Below, piece by piece: positions 27,701 through 40,720 of a stretch of 64,000 nucleotides of DNA. The stretch is from the human T2T-CHM13v2.0 reference genome, Homo sapiens. Made by a program: the position numbers and the translations under genes. Each line of letters starts with the position of its first letter. Position 1 is the stretch's first letter. Where the stretch lies: NCBI RefSeq assembly GCF_009914755.1, contig NC_060935.1; one strand, 5' to 3'. The notes below the pieces were generated by a model. The model did no database searches. It was not told the DNA's origin and saw only the letters and a list, made by a program, of their open reading frames with translations.

Positions 27701-28639
27701 TATTATTACTTAATGTAATGACATCCAGATAGAAAATCCCAACCATAGGCTTTATGTCTTCTATATTTGGAGATATTTCTACAGCTGTACTACTTACCCC
27801 TCTGATATGGACTACTACACTTCCATCTGCCATAGCAACTGTTGGTAATTTTGCTACCAATTCAGAGTTCAGATTCAGTGGGAGTGTGTCAGGAAAACAC
27901 TAATTCAACAGGAATATGGGAGAAGCATGGTTACTTGTTTGGATTTATTTTTCTCAAACCTTCTGATAACATTTTTTCCTTAAAACTGCCCAGAGTAATT
28001 ATGGTGCTATTGTTATAGCTCAGTAGCAAATGCTGGGTGACTTCTGCAAACAGTTTTATCAAACTGACATTCTAACAAATGTCTCTTGCTAAATGTCAAG
28101 TGAGATTTCTGGAGGGGAAAGAAAAATGCCTCTTTTCTTCTTCCACATCCCAAGTTTACGTAGATCAAAAAGACACTGCATGGCTGCCCATTGTTTCAGC
28201 AATTCAAACATCAGCAATAATCCACCAAGAATCTTTAATCAGCCAAGTCTTCATTCTTAAAACTGGGGAGAATTAATTATGAATGTGGAATCAGCATCAT
28301 TGTCGATCCGGGAAGCTAAACTGACTTGGAGTCATGTTTCCTCCTGCAGTTTTAATTAAGCAGGAAGGAGTTCGAGGGTGTAGGACAGAGCAGATTGAGA
28401 CCGATAAGTGGTCCACTATGCAGGAGACTTTTGTCCCTGATTGTATCTTTAGCTGTGTATTTTTCCTGAAATACATATTCCAATCATATGGCCACATAAT
28501 GATACTTAAAGGAAGATAATAAAATAAACAGTAAGTAATTTGGTGGACCAGTAGAAGAAAACTGCATTCATGAGAAGGTAGAGTATTCTCTTTCCTAGAT
28601 AGGAGTGATTAGAGTAATAACTAAAGGGTTGGAGGAAGA

Positions 28640-29210
28640 GGTCGTGATTAATTGCTGCCTATTGTCATTGTTCTGCCTTTTCCACAGTGATGGGACTCTA
28701 ATTTTTTTTTCAGTATCTGATAACCATTGTCATCTCAGGGGGCTGAGCTCTTCCCGACCCCAGCCTGGGCTAATCATGATTGGCCTGAACCAACTATGAC
28801 AATCCCTTCTCCTTGTCAGTACTTGGTTTAGAAAAGGTCTTGTGACAGTTGCTACCCATAAGACCTGTAGGGAGATCTGCCAGTGGCAGGTCTAACAAAG
28901 GCTTTCCCATTTTTCAAAAGAGATGGATTTGAGGAAATAATTGTGTGCTAAGATAATACTTGGAATTACTGCCACTATTTTGCAGTCATGAGAGCACCCA
29001 CTGGATTAAAAGTCAAAATGCTGAAAATGGCAGAGCAAAAAGATGGAAGGACCTGAGTCTTTCATGATACCTTGGTTCCACTGAAACACCAAACCCTAGA
29101 ACGACTCCACCCCAGGATGTTTTATTATATAATATAATAATTTCTCATTTTTAAAGCACTTTTAGTCAGTTTTCTGTTAGTTGCATCTAAAACATCTTAA
29201 GCAACATACA
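28640..29210 (+). mobile_element. Old MLT1 (J/K-like) ERVL-MaLR LTR
   Basis: GGCAGAGCAAAAAGATGGAAGGACCTGAGTC and terminal TTTAAAGCAC...TTTTCTGTTAGTTGCA...ATACA; left boundary approximate. Confidence 0.65.
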
Positions 29211-30345
29211 ACTCATGTAAAAAGAATTTCACAACATTATTTTAATTTATACTTCAAACAGCTTTCTCAAGTAGATTTTTTTCTTTTTCTTTATAAGTTA
29301 ATAAAGAAATAAGAAACACAAAAAGCAGAAACTCAAATAAATGATTTGTCAGCAGAGACGCACTGAATTAGCAGCATTGGCAGAATAAATGCCAGTGGGT
29401 GAATGATTTTTAAAAAGCATTTTCTACACTATGCCATACTGCTAGTTTCATCATTGGAAATACATTCATTTCTATTTAATTTCACTTAGCAGTTCTTAGA
29501 TGCTAAATTCTAGAGATGCAAATATTATACAAATAATGACAACATGTCGGTTAATAGGTACAACACAGTGTAATGATACCCAGTAATAGTGACAAACACT
29601 GGGGCTTCAGGTCACAATGACTAACATGAATTTTTAAGAATGAACATAAATATTATAAGGAGATTTAACAGGGTTGGTGGAGGGCCAGAAATCTGGGTGT
29701 GGATTATTTGGAGACCCATGGGTAATTGGCCAACACTGGCATATGAGATATGGAGTGGGTAGGAGTAGTTGGGAGGTAATTCAGAGAGGTAGTTAGAATC
29801 CAGGTAATAGTAGCTCCTGTACATCACGCTAGAAAACTTGAACTTTATTCTGTGGATCACTGGTTTTTAAACTTTTCTTGATCCTTAACCTTTTCCTTCA
29901 AACAAAACCATATCTAAAAGTATTGAAGCAGATAAAAGAAGACTTTTCTGGTTGAACATATAAAGCACATTGTAAAAGCCACTCTTTGTGGATGATGGGG
30001 TGTCATTTAATGGTTTTTAACTATAGAAGTGACATAAAAATAATGATGTCTGAGAAAGATTATTCTGGAGACATCATAGACGACAGATGGTTTGAGAAAG
30101 AAATGGAAGCAGTAACTTCAATTAAGAAAAAGAGAACTGGATACTGAGTAGCAAAATACTTCTCAAACATCTCAGAACAGTCCATACAGGACATAGCAAA
30201 TGCCCAGACTAAGACAGTGGCAGGGAGTCAGGACATGCTTTGCCATTCCTTCTCCTTTATGGAAATAATATTTTCAAAGAGGCTAGGAGGGACAGTAGGA
30301 TGGCTAGGTCCATCTGTGGCCAATGTCAGCCACAGATAGGGTCTC

Positions 30346-30555
30346 TGATATGGTTTGGCTTTGTCCCGACCCAAATCTCATCTTGAATTCCTATGTGTTG
30401 TAGGAGGGACCTGGTGGGAGGTAACTGAATCATGGACGCATGATTGTGAGGCCTCCCCAGCCACCTGGAACTGTAAGTCCAAAAACCCTCTTTCTTTTGT
30501 AAATTTCCCAGTCTCTGGTATATCTTTATCAGCAGTGTCAAACCAGACTAATACA
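30346..30555 (+). mobile_element. THE1A/B-type solo LTR with internal deletion, nested in an older MLT1 LTR (~30270-30940)
   Basis: TGATATGGTTTGGCT...GACTAATACA termini, 5-bp TSD GTCTC, only 210 bp long. Confidence 0.9.
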
Positions 30556-33132
30556 GTCTCACTGAATTAAGCCAATCAGCAATTCTTCATTTCTCAAATG
30601 AAGAAAACGTATTCATTTTATTGAGAGCTACTAGAAGAAACTATCCCATTCCGATAGGATGAAGCATATAAACATGTAGCCCTAGATGCTGAAGTGGGCC
30701 ATCTTATAGCTAAGAGGGGAAACAAACAGAAAATGAAAGAGAATCATGGAAGGGAAAAGGATAGACATAAATAATCTGGGATTTTAACAATATCAACAAG
30801 TCACAGTATCATAACTCACAGGAAATTCTCACAACCTTCAGATTTTTCATTTATTTGAACCACTAGGTTTATATTACCATTTAAAGCACTTTGGGTTGAG
30901 AGTTCTCTGTTTTACAATTGGAAGTACCTCAAGTAATACAGGGCATTAAGGAATGAAAAATAGAAGGATTTAAAATAAGGTAAAAATCAGTTTAAAATAA
31001 GGTAAAAAATCAGCCAACTGAGTGGCTAAATTGGGGGTTGAGGGTGAGGGCAGAGCTCAGGATGACATGGTTTGTGGCTTGTTTGGACCAGTTACCAAGT
31101 ACCAAGATGGAGTACATTGATAAAGCAAAAGCAAATCGAGATTTGACAGAAGATACCAATTTGTGTTTTAAATGTGTATAATTTATGTGCTTAGAGGTTA
31201 ATCAGGTAGTAATATAATACGCATTTATTTTAATCAATCGAAAACCCTGAAGAAAGGTCAAAAAGCTATCTTGAGAGTCTTTTAGATTGGTAATATTTAG
31301 TGTCATGCTTCCCCAAGGAATATAGATACTTCTGAAGTATTTTTTTTTGAAAATTTATACAGATAGTAGCTGAATACAATAGGTATCTAAAACCAGTAAA
31401 TGATGTTGAGAATGAATGAAATGATTAATGTAGCCAAATATAGTATTAAACATTAATTTTATACAGAAAGAAATAGGATTGGTACAGAGAAAAATTAAAA
31501 TGTACAAGATTTTTTAAAGATTGAAGTCTAGATTTCAAAAAGGTTTCTCATTTTCATTGGCTGTTTCAGGTTATGTTTCACGACCATCAAAAGTTAACTA
31601 TTAAATCCTCACTTTTCCCAGGGGTACTTTGAAAATATATTGTTCAGGAGTCATCATGATTAATTTCATTAAGGGGCTCGGTGCATCAAATTAATCTCCT
31701 GATATGACATAAGGCTGTCTGTAAATACCAGAAAGACTGATTTAGGCACCCGAACCTGAGAAAGCAGGAGTTCCCAGAGAGGTGTGAAGGGCAGGGGAAG
31801 GGCCAAAATCAAATTGGTCGGTTTCCCAGTTGCTACCTGGGCCTCTCTTTGGTACTTACTTGATTTTCTGGTAAGGGACTATTACAGACAAATACGGGGA
31901 TGAATTACCGTTCTGGGCCTTGTTTTCCAAAGGGCCTCTGGCTGAGTAAAGAAGTGACTTGACATTTATACTATTGTAAACATTTGGTTGCCAATGAGTT
32001 CTAGTTGGCAAGACCTCCGTCTAATTTCGATAACAAAAGTCTTACAGGAAAGGCCCATAAGGCATTTTACACATCAAACAGCTCTTACTGAACAGTGTTT
32101 TGATGAAATAATTACAAATGAATCAGAAGAAATAAATTACCCTTGAAATAATAGCAATACTTAGCATTTTCATTTTCAAAGTGTTTAACAAATTACTAAT
32201 TATTTAATTTACATTCTAGTATCATAACGAAGGGATTTCTACTCTGGTTTTATAAATGGGGGAGCTGAGCTATGGGAGGGGTGATGTGCTCAAGTGTACA
32301 AGGCCAATCTAGAAAGAATGGCAACTGGGTTTCAAGCAGCTGTTTCCATGAGTGGAATCGGGAGTGAGCACGTGGGTAAGGGATAGGTTGCCTTTTAGAT
32401 AGAGCCCAATTTTTTTCCAGTCTCCAGCTTTTCAAGCCTTCAAATAATGCAGTCACATATTGTAGAAAGCTCAGTGAATCAAAAACACTCTTCTAAAACT
32501 GAATGTTCTTTTAAACCATACGTTGATAGATTTGTGACTTCACAGTTTGTGAAACTGGGGCCACCTTTTGGGAAATGTGTACAGAACAAGGGACAAGATC
32601 TGGATGGTCCCTTCAGGACAGTTATGGGAATCACGGAATGAAGCCAGCACTATGCAGAATCCAGGCAGAACACACTAGTGACATCTTCCCAGATCTCTGC
32701 CACTTAACTACATTGACTTCCTTTTCTCTTACTTGTTCCACAGCTTCTAACATAAACTATAGCTTTTGATGCCTCATGTTCCCTTGGGACTTCTCAGGCT
32801 GCTTCCATGATCTGGCATCCTGGACTCCGACTGAGAACAGTTATTACCTCCTTGCTGATTTCTGGAGCTGACCACACCTGGAATTCCTTCTGCCAGCTCA
32901 GTTCTGTGCTGAAACATCACCATGCAAATGGTCCCCAAAGTAGTCTTATATTTTAGGACCACAGCAGCAAACTGACAGCAATGTATAGCTTGTGCTCGTG
33001 TTTTGGTTGCTTGTACAGCCCACGCTGTGTTTGCAAAGGCATTGTGATTAGGCAAGAGTTATGTTCCTCTAAAAACAAGCAGACTCACTGCCTATTTTCC
33101 TAACATATTCCTGTTCCATGGTTTAGTATTAG

Positions 33133-33633
33133 CTAAATGTTTCAGTTTTCTATTAATATATAGCAAACCACACTGAAACTTAGTGGCTTAAAACAGCAGT
33201 AATTTTCCAAGGTTCTCTTGGTCAGGACTTTCTTGTCAGTTCTTTGCTCCTCATTATATTGACTGAAGTTACTCATATAACTAGAGTCAGCTAGACACTG
33301 CTGGGGTTGGAACACTCAGCATAGCTTGTTGACTTCCCAGGCCTCTCTTCACATGGTCTCTAATCATTGAATAGACTAGCACAAGCTTCCATAAGCATGG
33401 CTGCTGGTGACCACAAAAGAGAAGTGGAAATATTCAGTCTTCTTCAATACTGAGTTAAAAGTCCCAGAACATCAATTCTACTGCAGTTGTTTAGTCAAAG
33501 CAATTTACAGAACCAATTTGATAATTTCAGGGAGAAGGAAAATATATCTTATCTTTCTAGTTGAGAAATGGTATAGATGTACAGGGAGGGAAGGAATTTA
33601 TGGTAGATGATGACTTAGGTGATGACCTATTGC
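33133..33633 (-). mobile_element. MLT1 (G/H-like) LTR
   Basis: AAACCACACTGAAACTTAGTGGCTTAAAACAGC and TTAGTCAAAGCAA motifs typical of antisense MLT1. Confidence 0.65.
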
Positions 33634-33724
33634 ACATATACATGCCTTTCTATAAGCATTTGAAATTGGGAGTCTTATTTTTAGTTTTGATGGGAAAAGT
33701 GTTCTTAGAGTTCTGGAAGTTTAT

Positions 33725-34870
33725 TAATTTGTTCATTTAGTAGAGATTTTATTTTACTTCTTGTTTGCTGGTTTATTTTTTAAGTATCCACTCTTTGCCT
33801 GACACTCTTTTAGGACATGGAGATACAGTAGTGAAGAAGAGAGATGAGATTCCTTCTTCTTTGGAAATTAGATTCTGTCATCAAGAGATAGACAATAAAA
33901 AGTCAATAAATAAACAACAAAGAATCTGACCATAAAATGTGCTTTCCAGAGAATGTGTGTTATGTAATAGAGCATGACTAATTTTCTAATGTTGATTAGA
34001 AAGCTGAGTTAGGGTTCTACGAAGAAGAGATATTTAAGCCAAGAGCTGAGTGACAGGAAAAGCAATAGCTAGTGTGAAGATTTAAGGCAATGACAAGCTT
34101 GATATGTTTTAGAAACAGTAGGAAGCCAGGTGCTGTTTAAATACATGAGCTAAAAAGGAAAGTGTCCGGCCTCTGAGCCCAAGCTAAGCCATCATATCCC
34201 CTGTGACCTGCAAGTATACATCCAGATGGCCTGAAGTAACTGAAGAATCACAAAAGAAATGAAATTTAAATGGCCTGTTCCTGCCTTACTGATGAGATTC
34301 CACCACAAAAGAAGTGAAAATGGCTGGTCCCTGCCTTAACTGATGACATTACCTTGTGAAATTCCTTCTCCTGGCTCAGCCTGGCTCAAAAGCTCCCCCA
34401 CTGAGCACCTTGTGACCCCCACCCCTGCCAGCCAGAGAACAACCCCCTTTGACTGTAATTTTCCTTTACCTACCCAAATCCTATAAAACAACCCCACCCC
34501 TATCTCCCTTCGCTGACTCTCTTTTTGGACTCAGCCCGCCTGCACCCAGGTGAAATAAACAGCCTTGCTGCTCACACAAAGCCTGTTTGGTGGTCTCTTC
34601 ACATGGATACGAGTGAGAAAGTGGTGAGAAAGAGAGCAGAGGAGTAGCTGATTATAAAGTAATGTGATTATGAAGGGCTCCGGAGGCAGTTTTCAAGAAT
34701 TTGGTTTCTATTCCCAGTCTCATGAAAGACATCAGAGAATTTTTAAGTATGTTTCTAATTTTCATTTCTGAGGTCAACTCTGAGAATTAGCTAATGGTGT
34801 GGATGTGGGAGGTGAGAAAAAAGTAATTAAGGTTAACTCTCAGAGTCTTATTTAAACAACCAAGTAGATA
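33725..34870 (-). mobile_element. L2 LINE relic interrupted by LTR7
   Basis: GGAGATACAGTAGTGAAGAAGA...GAGATAGACAATAAAAAG...GATATTTAAGCCAAGAGCTGAGTGAC; continues after 34621. Confidence 0.6.
34163..34616 (+). mobile_element. LTR7 (HERV-H) solo LTR
   Basis: TGTC(C)GGCCTCTGAGCCCAAGCTAAGCC...CACACAAAGCCTGTTTGGTGGTCTCTTCAC; TATAAAA 34482-34488; AATAAA 34554-34559; TSD GAAAG at 34158 and 34617. Confidence 0.95.
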
Positions 34871-35469
34871 ATGTACTATTTACTGCATTTAAGTATGTTC
34901 AAGAATGCACTGGCCCATATGGACAAAAAAACGTATTTTTTTTGTCATGTAAGTTTCAAATGTTTACTAATATCCTTGTGGAGTTTCAACTTTCTGCCTA
35001 ACAATAATGAAATCCCCAGCAAGGTGAAGTTATTATTGTTGTTAGAACAAAAATTACCTTGGAGTTTCATGAAAAGTCACAGAAAGGTTTGAGTGGCTGC
35101 TTGTAGGTATTGTTGGTATACGTTGTATAGGTTGTCATATGTTGTCACCTTTGCTGGTTAGATTCTTTCCTGGGAAAGAGTATAACTAACATACTAGAGG
35201 CAGTGCTTTTTCGCTCTCATTTTCTCTCTTCCTTTCTTTTCCCCACAAGTATTTAATCACCTATTTTAACCAGATATTGATCTTGACATTGAATACACTA
35301 GCTTGTAGTCTAATTGAGGAGACAGATGTAATTAAATAGTCCCTAAAAGGCCACAACTGGAGATGTATGTGACTAAGCAAAGATCACTTCAACCCTTGGT
35401 ATAAAGGCCTCTGGGGAGAAGGTAAAACATCTACACAGAGTTCAATGAGTCTTCTTAGAGAAAAAGGAC

Positions 35470-35852
35470 TGAATATGGTTTGGCTGTGTCCCCAATCAAA
35501 TCTCATCTTGAATTGTAGTTCCCGTAATCCCCACATATCATGGGAGGGAACCAGTGGGTTGTAATTTGATCTGGGGGCAGTTACCCTCATGCTGTTCTCT
35601 TGATAGAGAATGAGTTCTCATGAGATCTGATGGTTTTATAAGGTATAAGGGGCTTTTCCCTCTTTTGGTTGGCACTTCTCCTTGCAGCCACCATGTGAAG
35701 AAAGACCTGTTTGTTTCCCCTTCCACCATGATTGTAAGTTTCCTGAGGCCTCCCTAGCCATGCTGAACTGTGAGTCAATTAAACCTCTTTCCTTTATAAA
35801 TTATCCAGTATTGGGTATGTCTTTATTAGCAGCATGAGGACGGACTAATACA
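35470..35852 (+). mobile_element. THE1C-type solo LTR
   Basis: ATATGGTTTGGCTGTGTCCCC...GTAGTTCCC...GGGGCTTTTCCC...GGACTAATACA; GGACT on both flanks. Confidence 0.9.
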
Positions 35853-38419
35853 GGACTGATGTCAAACATATCCTTTGGTGGTTTAAACTATGAAAACTTT
35901 TCATGGGATTGAGTAGTCTTGTCAGAGTTTAAAAGAAAGAGAAGAAAGCAAGTGTGCCAACTTACCATTATGGAATGGGAAATCAGAACTACAATAGGTT
36001 TGATGAAGAAGACAGCTATTATCACAGTTTATAGGCAGGTCTGGAAACCCAGGTAAAATTTTGCATTGTGGGAACAATGGCTGAGGATGTGAATGTGAAA
36101 AACCTGGCTTGTTACCTTGGTGCTTAAACTTGGGGCATCACTTTTGCTCCTGAGGCAAATAGCAAGAACATGGCCACTGCAGTGAATAAGCAGGGCCGAC
36201 TATGAAAGGCATACTCTGCAGAATGGCAAAGAAATTGCAGTGGTGTATTAAGAAGAGTCTCATTCTCTAGCCGTCTGGTGTTTGAAACTCAATCAACCTT
36301 TAAAACAAAAAAATAAAAATAAAAATGAAAATAAAATTAAAAGAAAATCCCCTGGAGAGGTTAGATAGGAGGAAAGGGGAAGCTTCCAAATGAGATAATG
36401 GCATTCCGGCTAAGTTAGGCAGATGATGGTACTTGTGTAATAAATGGTTAGAGAGGATCAATCATGCCAGTTAAAGAAACCACACCAACGATACACAACA
36501 AACATTTCAAGTGTATGTTAGGAAGCAACTGTGCAGGACATAGAGTACAACCTCTAGAGCTAAGCTGCCTGGCTTCAAGTTCCAGTTCTACGGGTACTAA
36601 CATGATTTTAATCTTTATGTATCTCAATTTTCAATAAGAGTTTTAGGGTTGATTTTGAAGAGTAAATGACTTAATTATTGGGAAGAACAAAGAATGTAGC
36701 TGGTATATAATAGGCACTTAATACATGCTAACTATTTTTAATGCATTACCTCATAATTTACAATGCATTGTAAGTGATTGGTAATTGTCAGCTATTATAG
36801 CCATTTTTATGCCTCCAGAATTGAAAATACTATGCTTCTCCTTAGGTTTTTTCCTCATACTGGGAAAGAAAATGAAGAAAGTAATGGACTTTTCTAAGTT
36901 TTTGGACATGCTCAGATAGCTAGAGAATGAACTCAAACTGTTGTGCCAGTTCGTAGACAACTATTATACTTGCCCTCAGGAAATGACTATATTTCAGGAA
37001 TTCAAAGGGGATTGTGGCAACATACTGAGATGCTCACCAAATGCATAGGAAATCATCAATATAAAAGACCAGATAAACAGGAAATGTTTTATTCCCCTCT
37101 ACTCATGTGGACTCTATAATCATTTGAGCTGGACAGGAACAGAACTCAATTTTGTTTTTATGTTCCTTTGGAGAAAATAACTTGTTCATAAATAACTATA
37201 AAGAATATCACTACAGTGAGGATATGCTACGTTAATTTAAAAATATGTTATTGTAAAACACTTTGAGTGTACCTATATTTTTGTGTATATATATATATAT
37301 CTTTATTTTCTCATGAGAGTAGGTCATTAAGGGCATTTACTTACTAGTTGTTCTCATCTTACTTTTTCCCCTACCACTATAATATATGGAATTTACATGA
37401 GGAATACATTCTGATAGATAAAGTAATACACAAAATCTTTTACAGTTTAATGCATTGTTGTGGCACTACTCTCAACTAATCAGAGTGTGTATTGTCAGAC
37501 AAATTTGAATTACTCAATCAGCTTAAATGCAAAAATTGTATTATTTTTCAAAGACTAAAAACATTTATTTGTATATCCACATATTTAATTATTTATTCAT
37601 ATTAATTGTACATTAACCTGAATTTTCATGTATCTACTGTATAAACACCATTTGCTTCATCCATTTACCTTTTAAAAACATTCCTTGAGAATCTATTACA
37701 TGAGGTACTATTGAAACACTAAGGTTAAAACAGTAATATTAACCAAGATCCAAAATAAAATCTTGCAGTCACAATCTCCAACATAATATACATTAGGAAA
37801 AATTTCAAGAGCCTCATAATCTCAGACACTTACTGAGAGAAAGTTAATTTTTAATAAAAGAGATGGAGAAAGAGATCTTCCTTCCTTAGGAAGGAAGGAA
37901 GGAAGGAGCCATATTCTGAGCCTGACTGGTCCACCAATGTAGGTATAATGTGATCAACAACTGTATCCAGAGAGCTCTGGACAATTTTCCCCCTTGGTCA
38001 TCATATTTTATTTTGAAAAATAAACTAGTCATCCAAATACATGTTTCCATATATGACTATAGGGCTCTCAGATTGGTTATTGGTTATTTTGTCTCTCCTA
38101 CCTGCAAGAAGCAAGATTTCTAAGAGTGTGTGTGTGTGTGTGTATGTACACGTACACACACGCACACACATGCCCAGTTAAATTTCTTATTCAGAGCTTC
38201 TCTTGAGGACTGATAGAACTACCGCCGACAATATTAAGACACATAAACACATGCAGATAACCAAATAACTCATTACTTAGTGGCACTACCTTATGTTTAT
38301 TTAAGAGCATTCCATTATAATGCCAATAGGTATATGCGATTTAGGGATAAATCTTTATGGCCCACCTTAGGTTTTTGTGGTGGGCCATGCGCTCTGATTT
38401 TGTCCAGCATGTAGTTACA

Positions 38420-38496
38420 GAGACATCTAGTGGTCAGGTCTAGGAGTATGTCGTCTAAAAGAACTGCAAAAATGGATTCATTTCCGCTAGAGGGGC
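38420..38496. promoter_or_regulatory. Candidate divergent CTCF motif pair
   Basis: Minus-strand TGACCACTAGATGTCTC (38420-38436) and plus-strand CCGCTAGAGGGGC (38484-38496), each one mismatch from CCRSYAGRKGGC; locally CpG-retaining. Confidence 0.4.
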
Positions 38497-38805
38497 CATT
38501 GGCCATGTGCCAAGAAGGGTGGTCACCAGCGAGAAAAGTTAGGTTGAAGTGGTACATTATGCATAATTGGTAGTAATTTGCTGTTTTTAGAGCTTGGAAA
38601 ATTTGAGACGAAAACAAAGGAGACAGTAGATAATAATAGCAAAACAAAAATTCAAAACAAGGTAAATTAAGTACCTACCCATCTATGGGTATTGCTTCAG
38701 GATTCTTGCTTTACTCAGTTTGACTCACCAATTTATCATATTTGAAATGCCATATTAGGCAGTGGAAACTTTAGCTTAACGTTTTATTTGTACATTAAAA
38801 TACAG

Positions 38806-38914
38806 GTTTCCGTGGGAGAGGTAACACAATAGCTTGTATCAGTCATTACCACTTGAGTGTGAAGCAGTTAGTCAAAGTCTGGGAGTGAATGAGAGTAGAA
38901 GCTGACAAATCTAG
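38806..38914 (+). other. Candidate non-coding exon (109 nt)
   Basis: Branch-like CTTAAC, AG-free stretch, TACAG|G acceptor and TAG|GTGAGG donor; no transcript evidence. Confidence 0.3.
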
Positions 38915-39909
38915 GTGAGGAGGATTAAAGCAATGCTTTCCTGGGTAGAAAAAAGGATGCCAGTGTCATTAGGTTATATTAACATTAGATATCATGTGAT
39001 TTTAATTAATAAAAGAATATTGTAGGTATCAAAGTTCTCAAAAAACAAGTGGTTTAGGGGCTATTTTATGATTCTCAAAGTGGAGAAAATAGTAGAAAAA
39101 TAAAGAAAAATTAAGGAAAGATGTAGAGAGGAAATGCACAACAAACACACACACACATGCACAGGCACACAGACATGGAGTCTCCCTATAGGATACTGTC
39201 ATCATGGCCAGTGCTCTAGAGACATTTTATAATTAAATCATTTTCCTTCATTAAAATCAAATCCTGGTGTAATGAGACCAAAATCAGGGCTGGCATCATT
39301 TTTCCCCCCTGTGGTGGAGAAGTACTATAATAAACCCTGTCTCCATAAATATCCCTCAAAGCACTTTATAGTCTGCAGGAAGTTTCCCACTTTTGTCTGA
39401 AACTTTGATACTTCGAATTAGAGACAACAGTGGGGTATCAGGTATATATCTCAATTGTTTTAGAAGATAAAATGTTGCATAGAGACAAAGGTGTTTGGGC
39501 TATGGCAAAAGGAGGGATTCTACAGAAGGTCACCCTGTGTCTTCTCCTCTCAATGCCTCAATAAAACACCTTGATGACCCCAAATAATAGCCCAAAATCA
39601 CAATAGCCCAAGAAGGAAACAAATACAAACTTTCAGAAAATAGTATGTGAAACACCAGTTTATGAAATTATTTAGTTGTGAAATCTATGTCCTGGTATTA
39701 TTTGCTTATCAAAAATATAAGTTTTAGCTTTTGTTTTTCAGAAAAAAATAACCACTACCAAAGCATATATAACACTCCACTTTCCCTCTATAATTTTAAT
39801 CATACTCTGCCCCTCTTGATCTCTATGCAATTTTCATGATATGTTTAAATCAAAACCAGTGATCCTGAAAGAAGAAATCTAACATGAATTCCAAATTGGG
39901 CTTCTATAG

Positions 39910-40388
39910 TGTGATGGTTAATACTGAGTTTTAACTTGATTGCATTGAAGGATGCAAAGTATTGATCCAGGGTGTGTCTGTGAGGGTGTTGCTAAAGGAG
40001 ATTAACATTTGAGTCAGTGGGCTGGGGAAAGCAGACCCACCCTGAATCTGGGTGGGCACCATCTAATCAGCTGCCAGCTAACACAAAGCAGACAGAAAAA
40101 CATGAAAAGGCTAGACTGCCTTAGCCTCCCAGCTTATATCTTTCTCCCGTGCTAGATGTTTCCTGCCCTCAAACATCGGACTCGTTCTTCAGCTTTGGGA
40201 CTCGGACTGGCTTCCTTGCTCCTCAGCTTGCAGACGGCCTATTGTGGGACCTTGTGATCCTGTGAGTTAATACTTATTAATAAACTCCCATATATATGTG
40301 TGTGTGTGTGTGTGTGTGTATACATATATATGTGTATATATATAATATATATCTTATTAATTCTGTCCCTCTAGAGCACTCTAATACA
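39910..40388 (+). mobile_element. MLT2A1 (HERV-L) solo LTR with internal (TG)n/(TA)n
   Basis: TGTGATGGTTAATACTGAG...GCAGACCCACCC...GCAGACGGCCTATTGTGGGACCTTGTGA...CTAATACA. Confidence 0.92.
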
Positions 40389-40580
40389 GTTATTGTTCTC
40401 TTTTTTAAAAGTTGCTCCCACTAACCCATAATTTTACATTTATGATAGCTTTCTCAGTCTAAAGGCAAACCCGATTCAAGCATGATTCCAATTATAGAAC
40501 TTACTAAATATTGTCAGATGGAGGGATCTTTAACATAGTTTTCCTGCATTCAAGTCCACTTCCATCAGAATCAGTTAGAC

Positions 40581-40720
40581 CTAGTTACCCAAGTCATGGT
40601 CCATAGATATTCAGCAGTGGCAACCATCACCTGAGATCTTCCTAGAAATGCACATCTTCAGACCCCTCCACAGATTCCCAATTTATTTGTAAACACATTA
40701 AAAATTTGGAAAGCACTGCC
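40581..40720. mobile_element. MER5A-like hAT-Charlie fragment
   Basis: CATCACCTGAGATCTTCCTAGAAATGCACATCTTCAGACCCC...AAAATTTGGAAAGCACTG. Confidence 0.65.

Noticed and set aside
37888-37907. (GGAA)n tract as an EWS-FLI1-type element
   Set aside because: Only 4-5 units, marginal
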